This document shows positions 51,856 through 64,000 of a stretch of 64,000 nt of DNA, piece by piece (positions within the stretch are counted from its first letter, which is position 1; the number at the start of each line of letters is the position of its first letter). Below the pieces are notes generated by a model. That model saw nothing but the letters and a program-made list of their open reading frames with translations, did no database searches and was not told the DNA's origin. The stretch lies in assembly GCA_002104945.1 (NCBI GenBank), contig MCFH01000002.1, positions 1,054,001 through 1,118,000 of the forward strand, given 5' to 3'. This stretch comes from Piromyces finnis finn (Eukaryota > Fungi > Neocallimastigomycota). A program made the position numbers and the translations under genes.

Positions 51856-54800
51856 ATGGAAGCATTTACATTAGCTGAACAGGCTGTATTAGCTGATAAA
51901 AATAAAATTTATGATGTTGCTTGCATGTTATATACCGAAGTTGCTCAAGTAAATAGAATATTTAAAAATTGTTATATTTTTAAAAATAAATAGATGAACT
52001 AAAATAGATTTTATTATTAATTTAATATATATAATTCTATATTATTCCTTTCCTTATACATATATATAATATAATGACATTTTCATTTTTTTTTTTAAAG
52101 ATTTTTTTATCGTGTATTGAAAGTATGAAATAATTATCCATAAAGTTTCAATAATAGAAAAATATTAATATACAGTATTAATTTTTTTTAAAAAAAAATA
52201 ACATATTTAAATTTCCCTTTTAACTTATAATTGATAAAGATGAAACAAATTTAAATAGAATACAGCAGTTAAGAACAAAAGTAGTAGAATATATCAGTAG
52301 AGCTGAATATTTGAAAAGTCAAAAGGATTTGGTTCCCGCAAAACAACCAAAATCTTTACTTGAAAATTTAATGGAACAAGCTATGGTATTAAGAAATGAA
52401 AAGAAATATTTTAATATTTAAAAAAATAAATTTATAATTATATTAAAATTATAATGATATCAATAATATAATAATTATAAAATTTAATAGTTTACATTTG
52501 ATCAAGCATTGAATGAAGATGAAAAAAATAATTATGAAGAAGCAATTTATTTATATACATTAGCTGCAGAGACATATTTGAAAGCTTCTCAAGGTAATTA
52601 AAGAAATTAATAATAATAATAATAAAAATAGAATAATTATGAAAATTTAATTTATTATTTTATATTTTATTTATAAAGAAATGAAAAATGGAGATGATAG
52701 CAATAATTTAAAACAAAAAATATCCAATATTATTGATAGAGCGGAACAATTAAAAATTCTTCAAAGCACTGTAAAAGGTATGATTAATATAAAATTAAGT
52801 CACTTTTTTTTTTTCTTGCCTAAACATAAATTTCAAAAAATTTTAATACTTACTATGGTAAATAATAAATATATAATATAACTAATATAGATAAAAATCC
52901 ACAAAAATCCACAATTAACACCAACAGTACTGATTTAACTCCACAGGAACTTGAAATATTAAGAATTTCTTCTTATGTAAATAATCAAAAATATCTTCCA
53001 TGGCTTAGTATGGATATATATGAAAGATTCTCTTTTCCAAACTTATATATTGATCCAGATGGGTTATTAGAATTATCATTAGAACAAAAAGTACAATTTG
53101 GAGGTTGGAAAAGGCCATCACAAATCATGTCAGATCCGCAAATGATTTATTATATTTCTAGTAATAGTATAATTCAAGTTGGTATAAATTATTTTAAATT
53201 ATTTTAATATATTTAAAAAAAAAAAAAAAAAGAACTATTCACTAATAAAAGGTTATTATTATATTAAAAGGATATTGTCACAGATTGTTCATTTGTTGCA
53301 TCTCTTTGTGTTTCATCAGCATATGAGAAGAAGTTTAAAAAACCTGTAAGTTTAATATTACTACTACAATATTAACTAAATATGATGTTTAAAAGTGGAT
53401 TATAATTACATTATATTACAAATTATTATTTGATTTTTGATTTTTATAGCTCATTACATCCTGCCTATATCCTCAAAATAAAAATGGAAAACCAATATAT
53501 AATCCTAGTGGAAAATATTTAATTAAGTTGCTATTTAATGGAATTCATAGAAAAGTATGATAAATAGAAATATTTAATAATAATTGATAAAATGATTTTT
53601 TAAAATAATAATAATAATTACTAGGTTATTGTTGATGATTTACTTCCTGTATCTAAAAATGGTATTTTAATATGGAAATAATCATTATATAATATTGTTT
53701 TTTTAATATAATAATTTCAACACATCTTTTAATAATATTATATAATCATATAGGAAAATTAATGTGCACATATACAAAAAATCAAAATGAATTATGGGCT
53801 AGTATTATTGAAAAAGCAGTATGTTTAATAATAATCATATAATAGTTATGTAATTTTAAATAAAAATATCTTTTTTTAATAGAATTAATTATTATTTAAT
53901 AATATATATTATATAGTATATGAAATTAATGGGTGGATATAACTTTCCAGGATCGTAAGTTTATAGCATTAAAAGCTTTATCAAAATTTATTTTATTATT
54001 AAGTTGTATTTTATTTTTTATTTAAAAAAATAAAAGAAATCCTGGAATTGATTTGTATGGTAATAAACTTAATGAAGCTATAAAATATAGAAATAAAAAT
54101 AGAAACAAAAATCTAATAAATTTTCTATATCATTCTAGCATTAACTGGTTGGATACCTGAAATGATTTTCAATAAAGAGTATATATCAAATTTATAATAT
54201 TGAAATAACAATAAATATATATAATTAAATAATTATTTAATATTTTTAAAATTACATTAAATATTATTAGCAAAACCTTTAATCAAGAAAGTACTTGGAA
54301 AAGAATACTTAATGGATTAAATTATGGAGATGCTTTAATTACAGTTTCGACAGTAATTATATGATTAATATAATGAGAAATTACAATATATATAAAAAAA
54401 ATTAATCAAAATAAATCTTATAAACGAACAGGGTGATTTACCACCGGAGACATGCGAATCATTGGGTTTAGTTCCAAATCATGCATATGCTGTATTAGAT
54501 ATTAAAGAAATTCAAGGATTTAGACTTCTTCAAGTAGGGATCTAACATTTTAAATAAATTATTTATAAAATAAAAATTTAATAAAATTATATATATGTAT
54601 ATTTAAAATGCTATTAATATATATAGGTAAAAAATCCTTGGAGTCATAAGAGATGGAGAGGTATAATAGTTATTATGATTTTATTATAATAATTTTAGTA
54701 TTATTATAATAATAATAAATAAAAATAAAATTATAATAGGTCCCTTTTCTCACTTGGATAATAAAAACTGGACACAGTCTTTGAAGGAAGCATTAAATTA

Positions 54801-56451
54801 TGATCAATTAGGTGCTCTTCAAAATGATGATGGTAAATATTAAATTATAATAATAGATAAGTGGAATTACTATAATAAAAAACATAATTATATTTTTTTA
54901 AAATTGATATTTAAGGTATTTTTTGGATCAACTATGAATCTCTGTGTAATTTCTTCGATTCTATTCATATCAATTGGAATCCATCCTTATTTAAATATCG
55001 TTTTGTTATGCATGTGTTAGTACTTTAAATATAAAGAAAATTGTTTATTTTTTTATGTTTTTTTTTTAATAAATTAAATTTTAAAATTTAAAATTCTTTT
55101 TAGTGCATGGCCATCATATGCAGGTCCAAAAAAAGATCATTATAACATGGGTATGTTACTAAAACAAATTAAATTAATTAATATTATGTTATTATCTTGT
55201 CAATAGTAATAATAAATAATGATCACATTTATTGTGTGAAAAACAATAAAATATTTAAAAAAGGTAATAATCCTCAGTTTGGTCTTAAAGTAAATGTTAC
55301 TGGAGATCAAGGTGCAGCCGTTTGGTTGTTGTTATCAAAACACATTTTGAAAAAAGTAATAAAATATTAAAAATTTGGAAACTTTAAATTATTATTTATA
55401 GAATATTACAGAAATTTTATTTTAATATATATTATAAACTTTAAAATAATATTTAGGAAGAAAATAAAGATTATATTACACTTCATCTCTACGATAATAC
55501 CAAATGTAAAAGAATATATTATCCAGGGAAACCTTTAATTCCTGGTGTATATATAAATAGCCCTCATATTCTTGTAAATTTAAATTCATAATCTTGTATA
55601 TTTATATATTTATATAGAATAATTTTTTTTAATATTAATAATAAATAAATATTAAATATATATTATAGGTTCGATTCAATGCACCACCTGGTTTAACTGA
55701 ATATACAGTGGTTGTTTCACAAGTTGAAAAAAAGACATCTTTAAATTTTACTATTAGAGTATATAGTGTTATACCATTTGAATTCTTTGAAATTCCAAGA
55801 GGAAATAATTTTGAGAAAAGGGTAAAAATATTTTTATTATTTTTTTATTTTTTTAAAAATAAACAATAGAAAAAATAAATCGTTTGAAGAATAAAGAAAT
55901 ACTTATAATATATGTATATTTATCATGATTAAAGATTTCTGGTTTTTGGACAAAGGAAAATGCTGGAGGAAATATATCTCATCCTACATTCTATCGCAAT
56001 CCACAATATAAATTAAGTATTTCTCCATCAATTTCGAGTTCTGCCAAAGATGTCAGTAAAGATAAGATTAATATTATTATTATGCTTGAAGCTCCTAAAT
56101 CTTTTCCAGTTAATATAAAACTAATAAAATCAGGAAATAGAATTTCAAAGTAAACATTTAATAAATATTATAATAAAACAATAAGCAATTAAATTATAAA
56201 TGCAATTCTATGCTATTCGATAAAATTAATTTGACATTAAAATATATATTATTATAGTTGTTCATCAAAAGATTTAACTGGTTCATCAAACTCGTATCGT
56301 CATGGTTTTTGTTATTTGGAATTGGATGATATAAAGCGTGAGTTTAAAAATAAAATAAAAATAAATTAATTAATATTAAATTAATTTAATGCTAATATGA
56401 ATAGATGAATAGTATTTTAGCAGTAAAAAAAACCAATGCAATTTATGTGCA

Positions 56452-56485
<34 letters not shown>

Positions 56486-57361
56486 TATATATAATTTAAT
56501 AATTAAGCCGATGATTATACAATTATTGTATCAACATTTGATCCTGGGTTAATTAGCGGTTTCTTTTTAACTGTTGGATGTAGTAATAATTTTACTACCA
56601 CAGTTATACCTCCAGAAGGAGAAGTAATTTTTTTTTTTTTTTATTTTAATAAAACAAAGTTTATTATATATAATTAAAATTTTAAAATAATATAATATAT
56701 AGGGTTATCAAAAATATGTACTTCCAGGAGATTGGTAAGAAAAATTATTACATTAATATATAAATGTAAAACTATATAATAATATATTTATATTTATAAT
56801 TTAAATAGGATCGAGGGAAAATCTGCAATGGGATGTTCATTATACAAAGACTATTTTAAAAATCCAAGATATATAATTGAAGCTTCGTATGCAACAAAAT
56901 TATTGTAAATATAATATAAAAATAGCTAAAGTAATTTTTCAATATATTTTTTATAAATTTATTAAAAATAAATATTTTTTTATTATATATTAGTATAAGA
57001 ATGCAAATTACAAAGATGAACCCTATCCCAGCAATGAATGTTTCGATATTTGAAAGAATAAGTATATCTGAAAGCAAAGAAATAATGTCATCAGGACCTT
57101 ACACTAATATTACACAAGGTGTTATTACTAAGGAGATTTTAATTTACCCTGATAAAGGTAATTGTTTCAATAATAATTAGAATAATAAGATATAAGATTG
57201 ATATTAAAAAGAATAAAAATAAAAATAAAATTTTATTAAAATTTAATTATAATTTAATAGAATATTTTGTCGTATTTTCTACTTGGAAGCCAGAGCCAGG
57301 TCAATTTGTATCATTTATTTATGTAGACAATCCGATAAAAATTAAACAAATTATAGATTAA
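51856..57361 (+). CDS. palB: Calpain-7/PalB/Rim13 protease (MIT-MIT-CysPc-C2-like), very intron-rich
   Basis: Two MIT domains ([12 protein letters not shown]; [12 protein letters not shown]). The catalytic triad contexts [13 protein letters not shown] (Cys), [10 protein letters not shown] (His) and [10 protein letters not shown] (Asn) are intact. C2-like domains NAGGN...NPQY follow; the gene ends IKQIID*. Confidence 0.95.
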
Positions 57362-57788
57362 AATGATTTAATTTTACTTATTAAATCTAAAGTATGACTC
57401 TATATATAATAAATAAAATGTAAATAAATAAAATGACCCATATAAAAAAAGGATTAAAAAAGATGATTGATTAATTATTAATAAATCATGGTTTTCATAT
57501 TATGTTATTTTATATGTAAAAAAAAATGTAATATGTAATAGTTGAATAAATATAAATATATTTTTTAAACTTGCAACTTGTTCAAGTAAATTTATATTTA
57601 CATTTTATATTTATCCTATTGAATTTTGATTATTTTTTTTAAAAAAATAAAACTTTAAAAAAGTTAAATTTTAATTAAAAATTAATTTATAATTTTTAAA
57701 ATTTAAAATTTATTTACAAATTATAAATATAGAATTTAATATAACTCATTTCCCCTTTATTATATAATAAAACTAAAAAGGATTAAAA

Positions 57789-58866
57789 ATGTGGAGAACA
57801 AGATTAAATGGTCCATTATATGATAATGGAAGATTATTACCGACAAATCGGTTTAAAAGTGATAGAGCTCATTTTTACATGACTTCTAAAAAAAGAAATA
57901 AAAGTAGTATAACATCTCTTTCCAAAGATTTTATGAAGAAAAATCTAACATATCCATCACTTACTGCGCTTGAAGTAGAACAAGAATGGGAAAAAGAAGG
58001 ACCAGCACCACCAACATCAATTTCAAGAAAATTATCAACTTTTCGAATTACATTAATTATCCAATCATTATTATTGATATTAGATGTTTTATTTACACTT
58101 TCTGTTGATTTTATTAGAAATATTTACATTATAGTAGTTATTATATATTTGTAAGTATTTTTTTTTTTATTTACATACACTTTTTATATTTTGTTATATT
58201 TGTTATATTTTACTTTATTTCATTACTATCGAAATTTTTAAAGTATCTTACTAAATTTATTATATTATCAATTAATAAAATTATAGTTGTCAATTCTTTT
58301 GTATATTATGGAATGTAATGATGTTCACAATCACTCTAGTTTCAACAAATGCATTTAAAGCAGGATATTATAATCTTTTATTGAATGATTTCGGATATGT
58401 ATTCATTATTACTTTTCTTTATTTTATTCTTTTTTGTATATCGAGAGGTTATTCTATTGTATGTTTATATGATTATAATTATTATGCTATTTGAAATTTA
58501 TAGATATATATATTTTTTAATAATAATTTAATATTTATGTATTATTTTTAAAATTATATTAGGCTATATTTAAAGAATGCGAAGAATCGTGTGATCCATA
58601 TAATATTTTATATGGAATTATTGATATCACATTTAGAATAGGTATATATTTTAAATAAGCTAAATAATTGTTTTTAATAATCTCATTATATTAAATATAA
58701 TTATATTTTTATAGTAAATATTGTATATCTCTTTATATATAAGCATGCTGTATTTAAAGCATGTCAACCACAATATTTTGAATACATTTGGGTTAATAAA
58801 AATTCAGTTATTTCCGATGTTTCTGAACACATCTCACAAGATTACAGTCCTAATGAAAAAAAATGA
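57789..58866 (+). CDS. TMEM138: TMEM138 ciliary transition-zone membrane protein with an N-terminal extension, 4 exons
   Basis: TLIIQSLLLILDVLF, STNAFKAGYYNLLLNDF and VYLFIYKHAVFKACQPQYF match human TMEM138 segments (LSLQFLLLSYDLF, NTFVFQAGLVNLLFHKF, LYCYFYKRTAVRLGDPHFY, from memory). All introns are GT-AG and in frame. Confidence 0.85.
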
Positions 58867-59731
58867 ACACTAAATTTTCTAATATTATAACTTCTATCAC
58901 ATTAAAATGCAGTATTAATTAAATTAATTATATTATATCTATTATTTTATCTTTAATACAATAAAATATCCAAATTATAGCTATAATTTATATCATTATC
59001 TTATTTACATGAATTTAATTATTTATATAGTATAAATATTCTAATATCAATTATTATTACTATATTGGATAATAATAATAAATAAATAAAATAATTATAA
59101 AATAAAATTATTAATATATTATAAAATAAGAAATACGATTATATTTATATATTAAATGAAAGAATAATATAATTGTTTTTTATTTTCATGCATTTATAAC
59201 AGTTAAAAATTAATGAATTTATAAATGACTGGCGTTTACTTTGAATTAAATATTATAAAGTAGAAAATAAAAATTTTTTATTTACTAATTAATTTGATTA
59301 ATAAATAAAACTAAATGAAAAATTTTGTTTGTATGATGATTAAAATCTCACAAGGGGAAAAATTATTATAAATTTTGAAATCCTAACCTAACATTTTAAC
59401 ATTTTTCAAAATTAATATATATTTTATAATTAGGTAAGTAAATTAAAAATATTATTATTTAAATTTTAATAATTTAAATATAAATAGAATATTTTAATTT
59501 TTAAATTTCTTTTTTTGACTTTGCAATTTTTAAAAAAAATCTTTAAAATCTTCAATTCAATAAATGTTTTTAAAAAGTAATTAAATATAATTCTATCCTT
59601 TTATTAATAATATTATAATGGTTAATAGATTGAATACAATGTTTTTCATTATTCTTTTTATAAATAATATTCTAAAACTAATGTCCTCTAAAAAAATTAT
59701 CCTCTACCATTTAATAAAAAAAAATAAATAG

Positions 59732-62700
59732 ATATTGTTCAAAAAATTATTAATATTGGAAATCCAAATAATTCTAATATTTGGGGTATTTTAAAATCGT
59801 TAAATGAAAATTTCAATGATGTAAACTTGATTAATGAATATTACATAATTGGAAGAAAGAGTAAATAAATAAATTTTATTTTCATTTAAAATATAATTTA
59901 ATATCAAAAAGACTATAAAAGCTATAAAAAAAAAAAAGATAACAACTTAACATTTTATATGTTTACATATTTTTTTTTCTTTTTCTTTTTCTTTTTTTTA
60001 AAAAAAAAAGAAAAATGAATAATATAAATGTTAATATATTACTATAATAACTTTTAAATGTAAATTGGAATTTCTAATATAATAATTATTTTTTTTTAAT
60101 AATTACAATATAACAAGGTGAAAATAAAAATGATAATTTAATTAGTTTGGAAGATAACAGAGTATCACATAAACATTTTAAAATATTTATTTCGGAAAAT
60201 AAAGTTCATTTACAAGATACTAGTAGAAATGGAACATATGTAAATAATAATTTAATAGGGAAAGGAAATATAATAACATTATATAGTAATGATATAATAA
60301 AATTGGGACAAATAGGTAAAAATATCAAAGCAATATCAGCTTTTATACAATAAATTTTATTAATATTAATTATATAAAAAAAAATAATAGAAATAATATT
60401 TATTTATATTCTAATTAACATTCAGTTTTTTTCATAATTATTTTTTAATAAATAATAGATGGTGTTCCGACATATAAAATAATTATTAATGATTTTGAAA
60501 ATGAATGTAGTGATTCTGAATATTCCGACATTACTGAACATGATAGTAATGAAGATGAAATTAACAATAACAATAAAAGACTTATTAACAATAGTGTATA
60601 TAATCCAGCTGTAAACTATATATATAATTAATATAAACTATAATAAAAATGCAAAACTTTATAACTAATAATATATTATATATACACATTTCATATATAT
60701 GTATATATCCAATTTTTATAGAAAAAAGAAAAAACCAATAATAAAGGAAAAGAAGAAATTGATGATCTTTTAGATGACGAACTCAAGTGTGGTAATTAAT
60801 AATTTAAAATTTATAATAAAAACTATCATTTATGTGTAAATTAATTGAATGTTTATATAAAGGTATTTGTTATGAAATAATGTACAATGCTACAACATGT
60901 TCTCCTTGTATGCATTCTTTTTGTGCTGGATGTTTAAGTCAATGGTTGAATAAGTTAGTATATTTCTTATTTTAATTATTAATACAAAACATTTATTTCT
61001 AATAATTTATAAATATTTTTAATACCCTAATATTATGATTAAAAAGTTCTAAAGATTGTCCACATTGTAGAACAAAAATTAGAGAAATTAGGAAGAATAA
61101 TCAAACCGTAATAATTTATAAAATATATACAATAAATATTTTTTAACATATAATAATAATGTCTATTTTATTTTTTTAATATATATTTTAATTTAATTAG
61201 AATAATATTATTAATGCCTTTTTACTTTCTAATCCAGGTTAATAAGCAATAAAATGTTATATAAAGGAATTATTTTTTTTATGTTTCTGTTAATCTAATA
61301 TTATTTATTTTAACATATTATTATGTATTAATGATTATTACAGAAAAAAAGAGAAATGATGAAGATTTAGCCGATCTTGATAAAATTGATACTATTAAAA
61401 ACAATATTGTAAATAATAATAATAATGATAATATAAATAATTATGCATCAATACCAGTAATTAATAAATAATATTATAAATTTTATTCCTTTAAAATTAT
61501 TATTTAAAAATTTTAGATAAGATATGAAGAGGAAAATGGAAATGAAATCAAATATTTATATAAAGATGAAGATGAATTCTACTATCTCAGTTGTCCAAAC
61601 TGTCCATCTAATGATGATAACCAAAATAACGATAATGATATGCAAGTTCTTGTTAGAAGATATGATGATATGGACAATAATGTTAATTATCGTGTTAAAA
61701 GAAAAGTATTACCTCAATATGCCGATTATTGTTGCCCACCACGTTCAGTACATATCTTATGTCATGCTTGTCGACAACAAATGCCATTAAGATGCTCTAA
61801 TGTAGACTTAACCACTCTGTCAAATCGTCGCAGAAATAGGAATAATCAACTTATTATTTTAGGTGTTAACCATCCAAATCATAGTGATGATGATAGTGAA
61901 GAAGATTTCAGTTCTGATAATACAAGCAGTATTGATGGTAGTGAAAATGATAATGACAACAATGATAATAATGAAAATAATAATGATAACAATGAAAATA
62001 ATAATGATAACAATGATAATAATAATGATAATAATGTTTTCGATAATGACAATAATAATAATCTTGATAACAATACTATTGATCTAACAAATAATCAAAA
62101 CGAACCTGAAATTCCACAACAATGTAAGTATTTTATAAATAATAATAAAGTTTTGATTTTATTAATAAATATAATACATATACAATTATTTATTAGGTAA
62201 TATATGTAAGAATTATTATTGCGATAAATACATGGAGAATGGATGTGAAAATATGACAGGAAGACTAGATAAAATAAAAGGTACAAAACAACAATATAAT
62301 AATTGTACATTATCATTTCTATATAATATTAATGTTTAAATAATATCCTTTATTTTTTTTTAAAATATCTATATAATAGACTTTTCGGTTGTTGATATAC
62401 CTGCGTCAGCCTTTAGATTTAATAATTTTGAAAAACAAATTTTGGTAAACTATCTTGATTCCAAAAATATGACTGTAAATGATTGTTGGAAAAAGTGTAT
62501 AGAAAATCTATTAAACAAAAAATTCCAATTAGGTAATATAAATAATAATAATCTAACTCCATGCCCCTATTTGATTAAAAAATAAAATTGTTAAAATTTA
62601 ATCTCTTTATACAATAAATATATAAATAATAATTATTTAATTTTTTTTTTCTATAGAAAATATATATTTACGTAATATTCAAGAAGATACTTTTATTTGT

Positions 62701-63107
62701 TACAATTGTTCTCGACAAGTAAATAAAAAAAAAAAAAGAGAATATTTATTAAAAGTTTATTATTATCATTAATTATAATAAATAATAACAATCCATTTTT
62801 TTTTAAAAAAAAAAAACGTTTATATTAATTAGATTTTTTCAGAATTAATTTATCAATATCGTGAAAAAGAAGTTAATAAAGATGATCTTCCAGGTAAATA
62901 TAAAATATAAATGTTATTGCTTTTTTGATTTATATATATTTTAAAATGAAATGAAAAATGTACATTCTAATAATATAAATTAATAATAAATTAGAAAATA
63001 TAAGGAATAGACCAGATTGTTGGTATGGTAGAAAATGTCGTACTCAAACAAATAAACAAGATCATGCTAGAAATTATAACCATATTTGTGAACAAACTCA
63101 TTTTTAA
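59732..63107 (+). CDS. CHFR: CHFR-like E3 ligase: FHA, RING, Cys-rich domain and terminal PBZ; true start codon not resolved
   Basis: FHA (IIGRK...VSHKH...DTSRNGTYVN), RING (LKCGICYEIM...PCMHSFCAGCL...CPHCR), Cys-rich HILCHACRQQMP and QQCNICKNYYC, and PBZ RPDCWYGRKCRTQ...HARNYNHICEQ. The 59732 coordinate is an acceptor-defined exon start. Confidence 0.9.
61944..62065 (+). repeat. Coding Asn/Asp-rich repeat with an exact 21-nt tandem duplication (61970-61990 and 61991-62011)
   Basis: AATGAAAATAATAATGATAAC x2, read directly within the CHFR exon. Confidence 0.9.
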
Positions 63108-63671
63108 AAATTAAAAAAAAAAAAAAATCAAAAAATAAATCAAACCTAAATAATAATAAATAAAATAAAATTTAAGGATATAAAAAAATATTGTTATTTT
63201 AAAACTTTTATATTAATGCATCATACGAATTATTTAAAAATCAAAAATTTAATCATTCTTTTTTCAAAATAGTATTTAAAATTTTTAATTTTTTTATGTT
63301 CATTATTCAATCAATTATAAAATAATATTTCATATAACATTTAATTTATTATCATTTACTCAATTTCCATTTTTAGATCTATATTCCTTAACATATATTT
63401 TTATATTTAGTAAAAAAAAAAAAAAAAAAAAATTTTTTTCTTAATATAAATAATTATTTATTAATTAAAAAATTTTTATTTATATTATAAATCTATTAAA
63501 AAACGTGTATCATCCATCGAATAACAAGGATTGATAAAATTTTATCCATATTTATTGCTATATAGTATAATCTATCAGTTTTTTTTTTTTTTGAATTGCA
63601 TAATGCAGTTAATATATATGCAACTGAATTTAATTAGTTGCACATCTATAGAGTCAAGTTTTCTAAACTAT

Positions 63672-63979
63672 TTAAACAATACCAGCAGCAGGGTCACTAC
63701 CTAATTCAGTAAGGAATCCTCTAACAACAGTAACAGTGTAAATCTTTTTAATATAAATAAATAAATATATATATGTTTATTAATACTTTTAAATAAAAAA
63801 CTTTTAAAATTATATATTCTTTTATATTTTGTTTTACGTACACCAATAATTAAGTGGAATGCAGAAACAATAATACCTAAAATACTGAAGGCTACGATAT
63901 TTGTAACGAAGCCTACAACAGCAAAACAAAAGTTAATAAAAGTGAAGTAGAAGTACCAGGTAACATATTTAGTAATTTT
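63672..63979 (-). CDS. 3' two exons of a small multi-pass membrane protein (5' part lies beyond the window)
   Basis: KITKYVTWYFYFTFINFCFAVVGFVTNIVAFSILGIIVSAFHLIIG|IYTVTVVRGFLTELGSDPAAGIV*, with GT-AG boundaries and codon choice resembling the P5C reductase gene. Confidence 0.75.
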
Positions 63980-64000
63980 CTATTTCATTATTAAGATTTT

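Noticed and set aside
63619-63642. TGCAACT/AGTTGCA hairpin in the 3' UTR of the last gene
   Set aside because: Short single stem with no recognised element such as SECIS or IRE.

Overview
Extremely AT-rich, intron-dense eukaryotic DNA with GT-AG introns, near-pure A/T intergenic tracts and long microsatellites. The composition, fungal-type genes (PalB/calpain-7, a CE4-like protein) and flagellar genes point by inference to an anaerobic gut fungus (Neocallimastigomycota). I spliced the genes by hand and found 13 protein-coding loci: a DH-PH RhoGEF, gamma-SNAP, a C19orf44/DUF4614-like protein, an ER DnaJ (Scj1-type), an unknown protein with a FAM47-like YGxWY motif, a HAP1/TRAK-like CC1-box coiled-coil protein, P5C reductase, a giant (~3,860 aa) helical plus tandem ASH/Hydin-type Ig protein, Csl4, a degenerate membrane-anchored chitin-deacetylase-like protein, calpain-7/PalB, TMEM138 and CHFR. 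The 3' end of a further membrane-protein gene lies at the right edge. Best leads: (1) an identical GC-rich 13-mer, TATTACGCAGCAG, about 200 bp upstream of two putative flagellar genes (candidate zoospore/flagellar regulatory element); (2) an unassigned ~350-nt, ~40% GC, strongly base-paired non-coding island at 26.5-26.8 kb; (3) the giant ASH-repeat protein. All family assignments are by eye from remembered motifs; no database search was run.
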